Assembly (NCBI GenBank): GCA_965205335.1
Contig: OZ242164.1
Span: forward strand, 576,001-640,000
Length of the DNA: 64,000 bases
DNA from: Candidatus Woesearchaeota archaeon
Lineage (GTDB): Archaea; Nanobdellota; Nanobdellia; Woesearchaeales; UBA583
Direction of reading: 5' to 3'
The translations under genes were made by a program, and so were the position numbers. Every line of letters begins with the position of its first letter. The first letter of the stretch is position 1. A model generated the notes under the pieces. That model worked only from the letters and a program-made list of their open reading frames with translations. It searched no databases and was not told the DNA's origin. Below, piece after piece: positions 39,068 through 49,255 of this stretch.

Positions 39068-39811
39068 ATGAGTTCTGAGAATAAATTGAAGGAGAAGAAG
39101 AAGAAGGAATGTGGAAATTATTATGATTGGTTATGTGGTGATGAAGATTTAGAAAGGGTAAAATTCTCTGAAAATATATCTGAAGAAGATATTGAAAAAA
39201 TCAAATTTTTATTTAGAAACTGTTGTTATAATAAAAACAGATTTGAGGAAGAATTTAATAGAGATGAAGGCTGGAAGTTTGACAAAGGATTTTTTAAACA
39301 TAACAATCTTAAACTTAAAGCACAAATTCCATTTACAATGTGGGCAGATATTCACGTTTTTGAGTTTAATTCTTTCTTGTTTAATGTTTCAAGATTAATA
39401 AATTTTTTAGTTAAAGTAGAATTGGAAATGGAAAGCATAGATACTAAGAGAACTCCCACAATTAATGAACTCTTAAATGAGAAAAGGAAAGCGAAATTCA
39501 AATCATTCAAACTTTATGATTTTTTTAAGGAAGAAAATGAGAAATGGGTAAGATTTCTAAACAATTTGAGGAATGAAATTACTCATAAGGAAATAGAGAG
39601 AAAATTAGAAGGTTATTACAAATTAGATGTTAGGATGGACAAGAAAAGTGATGAATTGGTAGTTAAGCAAGAAAAAATCTTTGAAGTAAAGAAATACAAC
39701 ATAGACAATTTGAAAGTTTATATAAATATGAGTTTGAATAATCTTACATATTTAATAAATGAATTTATGAACAGGATAGAAGTAAATTATCAAATCAAAA
39801 ATAAGAAATGA
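39068..39811 (+). CDS. Putative HEPN-domain protein (Cthe_2314-like)
   Basis: FEFNSFL helix and LRNEITH (R-X4-H) motif. Confidence 0.6.
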   Translation: MSSENKLKEKKKKECGNYYDWLCGDEDLERVKFSENISEEDIEKIKFLFRNCCYNKNRFEEEFNRDEGWKFDKGFFKHNNLKLKAQIPFTMWADIHVFEFNSFLFNVSRLINFLVKVELEMESIDTKRTPTINELLNEKRKAKFKSFKLYDFFKEENEKWVRFLNNLRNEITHKEIERKLEGYYKLDVRMDKKSDELVVKQEKIFEVKKYNIDNLKVYINMSLNNLTYLINEFMNRIEVNYQIKNKK

Positions 39812-41022
39812 CTCAAACAAATGAAAACACTATCCCAGAAGATTGGCAAGAAGTTAAATTGAACGAAATAATAAAGATTAAAAAGGGGAAAACCCAAAGT
39901 CCTCTTTTTGATAATAAGGTTGATAGTTCATTACCTCATATTTTAGTTGAATCTTTTGATGGAAATTATAAAAGATTTACAACTTCAAAAAATGGAGTCT
40001 TATGTTCAAAAAATGAAATATTAACTATCTGGGATGGTTCAAGATTTGGCTTAGTCGCAAAAAATTTAGAAGGGTATGTAGGTTCAACTATTGGAATCTT
40101 AACACCCATTAATAACTTAAATAAAGACTATCTTTACTATTTTTTAGAGGAAAATTATAATAATATTAGAAAGACCACAGCTGGAAGTGGAATTCCGCAT
40201 ATAGATAAAAATTACTTATTAAGTTTAAAGATTTGTTTGTTTTCCATAAAAAAACAGCAAAAGATAGCGTCTATATTAACAAGTGTTGATGATTTAATAG
40301 AACAAACACAAAGAACACTTGAAAACAATCAAGTTTTAAAAAAAGGATTAATGAATGAATTATTAACAAAAGGAATAGGACACAAAGAATTTAAAAAAAT
40401 AAAATTAGGATTAAAGGAAATTGAAACACCCATTGATTGGGGAATTATGAATTTCGGAGAATTTACAAAAATGATTTCTAAAAAAAATACAGATAAACAA
40501 ATAACTAATGTTGTTTCTGTGACTAAATATGATGGTATTGTTGATTCATTAGAATATTTTAAGAAACAAGTTTATAGTAAAGAACTAGGAGTATATAAAA
40601 TAATTAAAAAATATCAATTTGCTTATGCAACAATTCATCTTGAAGAGGGTTCAATAGGTTATTTAGATATTTATGATGAAGCAGTTTTAAGTCCTATGTA
40701 TACTGTTTTTGAATTAGATAAATCTAAGGTAAATAGAAATTTTTTCTTTGCATTATCAAAATCAAATACTTTAATGCGTATCTATAATAGAATTGGTGAA
40801 GGGACAGTTGACAGAAGAAAATCAATACCTTTTGAATTATATAGTAAAATAGAAATTCCAATCCCACCAATTAAAGAACAAAAACAAATTTCACAAATCC
40901 TTCAAACAATAGATAATAAAATAGAATTGGAACAAAAAAAGAAACAATACTTACAAAGACTAAAAAAAGGATTAATGCAACAATTATTAACAGGTAAAAT
41001 AAGAGTGGAGGTGAAAGAATGA
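39808..41022 (+). CDS. hsdS: Type I R-M specificity subunit (two TRDs)
   Basis: IPEDWQ; QQKIASIL...LKKGLMNELLT; PPIKEQKQI...LKKGLMQQLLTG. Confidence 0.95.
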   Translation: MTQTNENTIPEDWQEVKLNEIIKIKKGKTQSPLFDNKVDSSLPHILVESFDGNYKRFTTSKNGVLCSKNEILTIWDGSRFGLVAKNLEGYVGSTIGILTPINNLNKDYLYYFLEENYNNIRKTTAGSGIPHIDKNYLLSLKICLFSIKKQQKIASILTSVDDLIEQTQRTLENNQVLKKGLMNELLTKGIGHKEFKKIKLGLKEIETPIDWGIMNFGEFTKMISKKNTDKQITNVVSVTKYDGIVDSLEYFKKQVYSKELGVYKIIKKYQFAYATIHLEEGSIGYLDIYDEAVLSPMYTVFELDKSKVNRNFFFALSKSNTLMRIYNRIGEGTVDRRKSIPFELYSKIEIPIPPIKEQKQISQILQTIDNKIELEQKKKQYLQRLKKGLMQQLLTGKIRVEVKE

Positions 41023-41180
41023 ACAAAGAACCCTACATAGTCATCCCATACTCTATCCAGAGAAATCATATAACTTATAGGACTTACTCCTTATCTATTA
41101 TAAACATCTATTTAATAATAAGTCTATGGACAAGACTTATAGAAGAAGAAAGTTTAGAAATTATAAAGAGGTTAAAATAA
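41019..41180 (+). CDS. 53-aa ORF coupled between hsdS and hsdR
   Basis: ATGA overlap with hsdS stop, GGAGGTG upstream, TAA ends 1 nt before hsdR ATG. Confidence 0.45.
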   Translation: MNKEPYIVIPYSIQRNHITYRTYSLSIINIYLIISLWTRLIEEESLEIIKRLK

Positions 41181-41181
41181 A

Positions 41182-44145
41182 ATGGACAGCAAAGAACTAT
41201 TAGAAGTAGAAGACCCAATAATTGAAGTATTAACAAAATACTTAGGTTATAACGAAATCCTGCCAAAAGATGCAGAATTAGAAAGAGAATCCATCAAAGA
41301 CATAACACTAAAAAAAACACTAACAAAAAAACTAAAAGAACTAAACCCTTGGATTAACGAAGAAAACATAAAAAGAGTAATCCAGAAAATAGAAAACCCC
41401 AAAGCAATATCAACATTAGAAGCAAACGAAAAAATACAGGCAATACTTGAAAAAGGAACAACAATAAGACAAAACAACCAAAGCTTAGACGTTAAAATCA
41501 TAGACTACAAAAACCCTCAAAACAATGAATTCACAGTATCAAGACAATTCAGAATAAAACACCACAAAGAAAACAAACCTGATGTAGTCCTCTTCATAAA
41601 CGGCATCCCGATTGTAGTAATAGAATGCAAAAGTCCAACACTAACCAACCCAATGGATGATGCGTTAGAACAACTATACAGATACCAAGAACAAGAAGAC
41701 AGATTCAGAAACTTAGGCTGTCCAAAACTCTTCAACACCACTCAGATAATTGTAGGAACACACAAAGACAAAACAAAATACGCAACAAACTTCACTCAAA
41801 AGAGACACTGGTCTGAATGGAAAGAACCATTTCCCAAAACATTTGAAGAACTAACCAAAACTCTCCCCCAAACTCCAACCTCTCAGGATATATTCTTATT
41901 TGGAGTATGTGAAAAAAACAACCTCCTAAACCTAATCCAGAACTTCATCGTCTATGAAAGAGAAGACAGCAAAATAACAAAGAAAATTGCAAAATACCAG
42001 CAATACAGAGCAGTAAACAAATTAGTTCATAAATGCTTAAAGAAAAAAACATCAAAAGGTGGAGTAATATGGCACACGCAGGGCTCAGGCAAAAGTCTTA
42101 CAATGCTATGGACTGCTGTAAAACTAAGAAGAGAAGAAAAACTTGAAAACCCTACAATGATAATCATTACAGACAGAAACGACTTAGACGACCAAATATC
42201 AGGAACATTCACAAGATGTGGATTTACAAACCCAATACAAACCAAATCTGCAAGAAACCTCAAAGAATTACTAACAAACCCAACAGGTCAGACAATTATG
42301 ACAACAATACAAAAATTTCAGGACTCTGCTCAAACATATCCAATATTAACAGAAAACGAAAACATCTTTGCCCTAATAGATGAAGCTCACAGAACACAAT
42401 ACAAATCACTTGGTGCAAACCTAAGAAAAGCCCTGCCAAATGCAACATTCATAGGATTTACAGGAACACCAATCTCAAAAAAGAACAGAAGTACATTAGA
42501 CACATTCGGAAACTACATAGACATATACGACCACAAACAGGCAGAAAAAGACGGTGCAACAGTTCCAATTTACTACGAAAGCAGAATGCCCAACCTCTCA
42601 ATAACAGGAAACTCCTTAGACGCTTTATTTGACAGACTATTTAAAGACTACTCCAAAGAACAAAGAGAACAAATCAAAAACAAATATGCTACACCCCAAT
42701 CAATAGCCATATCCACAAACCGAATAAGAGAAATTTGCTTGGACATAATAAAACACTACGAAGAACACATTGAACCAAACGGATTCAAAGCCCAGATTGC
42801 AACATTCAACAGAGTCTCCGCAATAAAATACAAAGAAACATTAGACGAACTAAACGCCCCAAGCAGTGAAGTATTAATCTCTTCGCAACATAATGATGAA
42901 GAGCAACTTGCAAAATATCACAAAAGCAAAACTGAAGAAAAAGCAGTAATCAAAAAATTCAAAGAAAAAAAAGAACCTAAAATAATCATAGTATGTGACA
43001 AACTATTAACAGGATTTGATGCCCCAATAGAACAGGTAATGTATCTTGACAGTCCACTTAAAGAACACACACTGCTTCAGGCAGTTGCAAGAGTAAACAG
43101 AACTTACGACAAAAAACCATACGGCTTAATTGTAGATTACTGGGGAGTATCTGCTAACTTACAAGAAGCACTAAACATGTTCTCAAAAAATGAAAGAGAG
43201 GGAATGATACACACAAACTACAAAAACGAAATTCTTCCAAAACTTGAAAGTGCACATAACGTTGCAATTAACTTCTTTAACCCAAACAACATAAACAACA
43301 TAGAAAAATGCGTAATGTGCTTAGAGCCAGAAGATAGAAAAATAACATTTAACCAAAGATTCAGAACCTTCACAAATTACTTGGATATGTTATACCCTGA
43401 CCCAAAAGCCCTTAAATTTACAAAAGACTTAAAGACACTTGCAGAAATTAAAATCAAAGCCAAAAACAAATTTGAAAGACAAAAAGAAACATTTAAAGAA
43501 TGCAGTGCTAAAGTCTTAGCCCTAATTGAAGAACACATAAAAGTAGAAAGCATTGAAAAACTAACAGAACCCACATCCATATTTAGCGAAAAATTTGACG
43601 AAGAAATTGAAAAATTAGGCTCTGCAAAATCAAAAGCAAGTGAAATTGAACATGCAGTAAAACACCAGATAAACATTAAATTAGAAGAAGATCCGATTTA
43701 CTACAAATCTCTAAGAGACAAATTAAAACAAATAATTGAAAACTACAAAGAGGGCAGAATAAATGATGCAGAGCAACTAAAACTACTCAAAAAAGTTCTA
43801 AACAACATAAGAAATCCTCAGACAGAATCAGAGAAATTAGGAGTTGAACCAGAAGTTTCACCATTTTTTAAATTACTAAAAGAAAAAAACAATTCAGACT
43901 ATACCCTAAAAGAAGACAATCCAAATTATAACAATAAACAGAAACTATCAGACAAAGATGCCGCAAATGAGATTTACAAGATATTAGAAGAATACACACA
44001 AATAATTGACTGGTACATAAAAGAAGACACTAAAAGAAAAATGAGAAGCAAAATCAAAAGAATTCTAAGGCAGACAGACTGTGAAAACATTGAGCACAAA
44101 ACCATAGAAATCTTAGATGTAGCAAGAGCAAGATTTAGCAAATGA
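41182..44145 (+). CDS. hsdR: Type I R-M restriction subunit
   Basis: PDVVLFINGIP...IECK, WHTQGSGKS, DEAHR, FTGTP, LLTGFDAP, QAVARVNR. Confidence 0.97.
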   Translation: MDSKELLEVEDPIIEVLTKYLGYNEILPKDAELERESIKDITLKKTLTKKLKELNPWINEENIKRVIQKIENPKAISTLEANEKIQAILEKGTTIRQNNQSLDVKIIDYKNPQNNEFTVSRQFRIKHHKENKPDVVLFINGIPIVVIECKSPTLTNPMDDALEQLYRYQEQEDRFRNLGCPKLFNTTQIIVGTHKDKTKYATNFTQKRHWSEWKEPFPKTFEELTKTLPQTPTSQDIFLFGVCEKNNLLNLIQNFIVYEREDSKITKKIAKYQQYRAVNKLVHKCLKKKTSKGGVIWHTQGSGKSLTMLWTAVKLRREEKLENPTMIIITDRNDLDDQISGTFTRCGFTNPIQTKSARNLKELLTNPTGQTIMTTIQKFQDSAQTYPILTENENIFALIDEAHRTQYKSLGANLRKALPNATFIGFTGTPISKKNRSTLDTFGNYIDIYDHKQAEKDGATVPIYYESRMPNLSITGNSLDALFDRLFKDYSKEQREQIKNKYATPQSIAISTNRIREICLDIIKHYEEHIEPNGFKAQIATFNRVSAIKYKETLDELNAPSSEVLISSQHNDEEQLAKYHKSKTEEKAVIKKFKEKKEPKIIIVCDKLLTGFDAPIEQVMYLDSPLKEHTLLQAVARVNRTYDKKPYGLIVDYWGVSANLQEALNMFSKNEREGMIHTNYKNEILPKLESAHNVAINFFNPNNINNIEKCVMCLEPEDRKITFNQRFRTFTNYLDMLYPDPKALKFTKDLKTLAEIKIKAKNKFERQKETFKECSAKVLALIEEHIKVESIEKLTEPTSIFSEKFDEEIEKLGSAKSKASEIEHAVKHQINIKLEEDPIYYKSLRDKLKQIIENYKEGRINDAEQLKLLKKVLNNIRNPQTESEKLGVEPEVSPFFKLLKEKNNSDYTLKEDNPNYNNKQKLSDKDAANEIYKILEEYTQIIDWYIKEDTKRKMRSKIKRILRQTDCENIEHKTIEILDVARARFSK

Positions 44146-44873
44146 TTAAGAAATATCATATTATGTGCGGAACTTCAAAAATAGAATTTTCTATACTTTA
44201 TTCCAAAAGAAAAACTGCAACAATAAGCGTATATCCATACAAAGACGTTGAAATTATTGTTCCGCAAAACACAACCTCAGAAGAAACAAAAAAAATAATC
44301 AAAAAAAAAGTTGCATGGATTATTAAAAAAATAGACTTCTTCAATCAAATCTCCAAATATAACGCAACTAAAGAATACATTAATGGAGAAACAATCCTTT
44401 ATTTAGGAAGACAGTACAGAATTGAAATAATAAAATCAAAAAACAAACCCAATGTAAAACTAAAAGGAAGATATTTAGAAATTGAACTTAACAAAAACTT
44501 CAGAACCAAATCAGAACAAAGAAAATACATTAAAACCCTTGTCATAGACTGGTATAGAAAACAAGCCAAAAAAAACATAAAAAAGGCTTTGATCATATAC
44601 TCCAAAAAATTAGGAGTTGAGATTCTAAAATTTAAAATAAAAAACCAAATTAAAAAATGGGGAAGTTGCACTCCAAAGAACACATTAAACTTTAATCTAA
44701 GAATTATAATGGCTTCAAAGTACCAATTTGATTATGTAATTGTTCATGAACTCTGCCATATTAAAATTAAAAATCATTCCGCTAAATTCTGGAAATTAGT
44801 AGAAAGCATTTTAAACGACTATGAACTAAGAAAAACTCAACTTAGAGAAAACGGCAATATGTATGATTTCTAA
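44142..44873 (+). CDS. YgjP/DUF45 (M48-like) metal-dependent hydrolase
   Basis: WGSC, YVIVHELCH, HSAKFW; common hsdR neighbour. Confidence 0.9.
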   Translation: MIKKYHIMCGTSKIEFSILYSKRKTATISVYPYKDVEIIVPQNTTSEETKKIIKKKVAWIIKKIDFFNQISKYNATKEYINGETILYLGRQYRIEIIKSKNKPNVKLKGRYLEIELNKNFRTKSEQRKYIKTLVIDWYRKQAKKNIKKALIIYSKKLGVEILKFKIKNQIKKWGSCTPKNTLNFNLRIIMASKYQFDYVIVHELCHIKIKNHSAKFWKLVESILNDYELRKTQLRENGNMYDF

Positions 44874-44944
44874 TTAAAATAAAAATCAATTTCTCAAAAT
44901 AATCTATACTTTAAGAACTAAATTGCTTACCAAAACCAAACTTT

Positions 44945-46570
44945 CTAATCCCTTGCTTTCTTTAATGCCGCACTTACAAGTCCGTAGAAAAGAGGGGCAG
45001 GATTTTCCAACCTTGACTTTAACTCTGGATGTGATTGCGTTGCAACAAAATAAGGATGTATCTTTTGCGGAAGTTCAATAAACTCAACTAAATCCCTTTT
45101 CACAGACTTTCCGCTAATTACCAATCCGTTTTTCTCTAAAACCTTTATATAGTTGGGATTTACCTCATACCTATGCCTGTGCCTTTCTGATACCACAAAA
45201 CTATCTTCTCTCTCCGTCATATTCCTCTCTTTGTACAAAGAACTAATTATACCTTTCTTTAACTTTGCCCTGCAATCTCCAAGTCTCATAGTCCCTCCTA
45301 ACTTAACAATATTTTTCTGCTCATCAAGTAAAGTTATCACGGGATTTTTAGTTTTAGAATCAATCTCTGTTGAATTTGCATCTTTTACACCGCAGACATC
45401 TCTAAGAAACTCAACAACTGCAAGTTGCAATCCATAGCAAATTCCCAAAAAAGGAATCTTGTTTTCTCTTGCATACTTTATTATCTTCAATTTTCCTAAA
45501 ACTCCTCTCTCTCCAAAACCACCAGGAACAATTATCCCAGAAACCTCCTTCAATATTTCTTCCCCATAACTCTCCGCAGTATCTATCCATAACTTCTCTA
45601 TCTTAACTCCCAAATTGAACTCACAGTGTAACAAACTCTCAACTATACTTGCATACGAATCCTCAAGTTGCATGTACTTCCCTGCAATTGCAATTTTAAT
45701 CCTCCTTTCCTTTTTTCTTGATAAAAAATTTTCCCATACCTGAAGTTTTTCTAACTTTGGAGGTTTTAATAAAAGTTCCTTTGACAATTTCTCAATCATA
45801 TTCTGGGAATTGAAAATCTGAGGTAAAGTGTATATGCAATCAACATCTGGTGCTGAGAGGACATTTGATGCATCCACATTTGAAAAAAGAACAACCTTTT
45901 TCTTTGCATTATCTGTTAAATAATTTGAAGTTCTTGCAATTATCATCTTTGGCCATATTCCCCTTTGACGCAGAAGATTTATACTTTGCTGAGAAGGTTT
46001 TGTTTTCTGCTCATTTACCCCATATAGAACAGGAACATACGTTAAATGAACATAAATTATATTCTCTTTCCCAACATTTCTCTCAAGTTGCCTTAATGCC
46101 TCAATAAACAACTCACTTTCCATATCCCCAATAGTTCCTCCAACTTCAATTAAAACCAAATCCACATCCTCATTATCTGCAACAGTTATAATCTCGTCTT
46201 GGATAAGATCCGTTACATGCGGTATCATCTGCACAGTCCTGCCAAGATACTTACCTTCCCTTTCCAACTGCCTTATTTTGTGGAATATCTTTCCCATAGT
46301 TATGCTATGCTCCTCTTTAGCATTATAGTCTAAAAACCTCTCATAATGTCCGAAATCCATATCAACTTCACATCCATCCTCCAAGACAAAAACTTCTCCA
46401 TGTTCTATAGGGTTCATCGTACCAGGATCTGAGTTTAGATAGCCATCAAGTTTAATTGGTAAAACCTTATATGTTCCAGAAAATAAAAACCCTATACTTG
46501 CTGTACATACTCCCTTGCCAAGTCCTGATAACACTCCTCCTGTAATTATAATATATTTTCTGGATTTCAT
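44945..46570 (-). CDS. pyrG: CTP synthase
   Basis: TGGVLSGLGKG, GTMNPIEHGEVFV, PGGFG, GICYG, ERHRHRYE, HPE. Confidence 0.97.
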   Translation of the reverse strand: MKSRKYIIITGGVLSGLGKGVCTASIGFLFSGTYKVLPIKLDGYLNSDPGTMNPIEHGEVFVLEDGCEVDMDFGHYERFLDYNAKEEHSITMGKIFHKIRQLEREGKYLGRTVQMIPHVTDLIQDEIITVADNEDVDLVLIEVGGTIGDMESELFIEALRQLERNVGKENIIYVHLTYVPVLYGVNEQKTKPSQQSINLLRQRGIWPKMIIARTSNYLTDNAKKKVVLFSNVDASNVLSAPDVDCIYTLPQIFNSQNMIEKLSKELLLKPPKLEKLQVWENFLSRKKERRIKIAIAGKYMQLEDSYASIVESLLHCEFNLGVKIEKLWIDTAESYGEEILKEVSGIIVPGGFGERGVLGKLKIIKYARENKIPFLGICYGLQLAVVEFLRDVCGVKDANSTEIDSKTKNPVITLLDEQKNIVKLGGTMRLGDCRAKLKKGIISSLYKERNMTEREDSFVVSERHRHRYEVNPNYIKVLEKNGLVISGKSVKRDLVEFIELPQKIHPYFVATQSHPELKSRLENPAPLFYGLVSAALKKARD

Positions 46571-46805
46571 TTTAACCTAAACTCCTCACCCTCTATTCAT
46601 ACAAACTCTTTATCCAAATCTGAATTACATCGGATTTACTTTGAAAAATAAGGATTATTCTCATTTATAATATTATGTTACTATATCGCAAGATATGAAA
46701 TCTAAAACCTTACCATACAACCATGGTATTACCATAATACTATTTAAAATTTACTATCTCCAAATGAAAAGGAACTAAGTTAATATGAAAACCTACAAAC
46801 TACTT

Positions 46806-47692
46806 ATGCTTGAAACATTGCACTAACTGACTTTGAAACACTTGACGGATTTAAATTAAGGGCTCTTTACTCCAAATCAAAAAGCAATATCGTAATTATT
46901 CATGTGCATGGCATGACAAGTTCAATGGCATCAAATACAGGCTCTAATATTTGTAAAATTGCTCAAGACTTAAACATCGGATGCTTGCTCTTGGACACAA
47001 GGGGTAGCGGAATTGTAAACTCCTTAAAAAAAAAAGACATCTTGGGAAACAATATATATCAAATGTGCGGCACTGCATACGAAATTTTTGAAGACTGTTT
47101 AATTGATATTGAATCCTCCATCAACTATCTCAAAGCACTTGGACATACAAAATACATTCTATGCGGGCATTCAACAGGATGCCAAAAATCCCTTTACTAC
47201 GCCCTTGAAAAAGAAAATGATAATATAATAGGACTAATTCTCTTAGCTCCTTGTGATGACATAGCAATTTACAAAAACAAATTAAAAGATGACTTTGAAC
47301 GAACCCTAAAACTTGCAAGACGAAAATATGAATCCGAAACATTTCAGGAAGTTCCCGAATTTGACTTATTATGTGCCAGAAGATTCTATGACTTGCTAAA
47401 CGATGACTCAATTGAAGGAAACCTATTTAATTACGAAAATGAACTTGATCATATCAAAAAAATAAAATGTCCCATTTTAGCTCTTTTCGGAAGTGAAGAA
47501 GAATTTGCCATAAACTGCTCACCAAAGGAAATGCTTGAAAAAATAAAAAAACATTATTCAAACCCAAATTCCCAAACTCAATTAATAAAAGGAGATCATA
47601 GTTTCTATGAGCATGAAGAAGAATTACAAAATGCTGTTTGCAAATTTGTAAAAAAATTATATAACAAACATAAGAACAAACCCGAGAAATAA
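46806..47692 (+). CDS. Alpha/beta hydrolase, probable frameshift near start
   Basis: HGM, GHSTG nucleophile elbow, GDH; main frame open from 46814, nearest ATG (46806) is out of frame. Confidence 0.75.
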
Positions 47693-49051
47693 CGCAGGAA
47701 GAAACGCGATCCCATCCTTAACTAAAAGTTCTCTTAATTTGGGATGTCTCTGTGAAAGTTTTTTGATTTGTTCCAACTGGGTTTTGTCAACTCCTGTTTT
47801 GAAATCCTCTTTATGATAAATTATTTTATGCTTTATTACAATATCTTGCACAATCCAATCTCCCAAAGTTATCTCATCCAATTTTTTCTTCTTTATGAAC
47901 ACAAACTCCTCAACAGACTTGGCAATCTTAATAATAAAATACAAAGGAATTAAAACTGCTATAAGTAAAAACCTTATATCTTCATACGTAAGTAAAACTA
48001 AGGATACGATAACTAAAAGAGAGATTATAGCTTCCCTTCTTGTTATGTGAAATCTTACCTTTGAATAATTTTTAAAATAATGAAAAAATAAAATTACAAT
48101 AGCCAAAACTCCTCCTGCAATAAATGAGAAAAACAAAAACTTGAACATAAACAAAAGAATTTCTACATTGCTTCTCTCAAGTGAAATTACTTTAAGCATA
48201 TACATTACATAATTCAAACCAACAAGCATTCCATAAGGAAGAGATTTTCTGACATACACATCCATTAACTTATTTGACTCATTAATATTATCTCTTATCT
48301 TATGAACTTCATGCTTTGAAAGTCCCAACTTCCCATTCTCATAATCTATGATTTTTTTATTCGATATTACTAAATCAACATCTAATTTATCACCTGCTTT
48401 TAAATCCTCCAAATGCTTTTTCCACTTAAAATATACACTGTCAAAAATTCCATCCCTTGATACAAATATCAATAAAAATGCAATAAATCCTAACCCAATT
48501 AAAACAGCAGGATTGTAATCAAGATAAAGACCTGCAAACAGCACAAGCAATATAGCCATAAGAAGTATCAAATCTTTTCTTTCATCTGACCTTTTAGACA
48601 AGAAGAATTGCACTAAAACAAAAACAAAAAATACAATATCTATAATTATTATATATTTTAGAAATAAATCCAAAAAGACTGGAAGAAAATTAGATAACAA
48701 ATACACTCCCTTTTCATACATTAATCCCATATTTGTTTGAGACAACTGCGTAAACTCTATTAAATAATAAGATGCCGCTCCAAATCCAAGAATGAATTTC
48801 GCATCACCACCTCCCCATATTCCAAAGTAAAATAAGATAACTCCCAAAGCAAAACCTATGAGCAATCCAAATCCTGCGTGTTTTATCGGTTCTGTTGATT
48901 CAATTATTAATGAATGAAATATAGCACAGACTAAAATAAAAAATGCAAGCGAAAAATTAACATAATCATAAACCTCTCTTTTTTTAATATCCTCTATTGA
49001 TGCTATTGTAAAATATGTAAGCACTGTTAGAAGAACTAAATATCCTATCAT
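47657..49051 (-). CDS. A24 prepilin/prearchaellin peptidase, extended
   Basis: EDIKKREV and GGGDAK catalytic aspartates, multi-TM, C-terminal AFLPALF. Confidence 0.88.
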   Translation of the reverse strand: MIGYLVLLTVLTYFTIASIEDIKKREVYDYVNFSLAFFILVCAIFHSLIIESTEPIKHAGFGLLIGFALGVILFYFGIWGGGDAKFILGFGAASYYLIEFTQLSQTNMGLMYEKGVYLLSNFLPVFLDLFLKYIIIIDIVFFVFVLVQFFLSKRSDERKDLILLMAILLVLFAGLYLDYNPAVLIGLGFIAFLLIFVSRDGIFDSVYFKWKKHLEDLKAGDKLDVDLVISNKKIIDYENGKLGLSKHEVHKIRDNINESNKLMDVYVRKSLPYGMLVGLNYVMYMLKVISLERSNVEILLFMFKFLFFSFIAGGVLAIVILFFHYFKNYSKVRFHITRREAIISLLVIVSLVLLTYEDIRFLLIAVLIPLYFIIKIAKSVEEFVFIKKKKLDEITLGDWIVQDIVIKHKIIYHKEDFKTGVDKTQLEQIKKLSQRHPKLRELLVKDGIAFLPALFLGFVLMFVI

Positions 49052-49135
49052 TTTGAAATTTTATGTAATAAAAATATAATCCATTAAAATAATTTTAAGG
49101 GTTGTGTAACACTTCAAAGTGAAATTAAACAACAT

Positions 49136-49209
49136 TTATGTGAATAAGCTTAAAAAAAGATTTGGGACTGCTTGAAGGGTGGGGACAAATTGTTCATACC
49201 CTTGAAGTT
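49136..49209 (+). repeat. Degenerate copy of an internal segment (49381-49456) of the Bro-N gene
   Basis: Shares TTGAAGG.TGGGGACAAATTGT..ATACCCTTGAAGTT; many differences at codon third positions. Confidence 0.75.
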
Positions 49210-49255
49210 AAAAAATTAAGATAATTTTATATAATAGTATAAAATTTAATTTATA

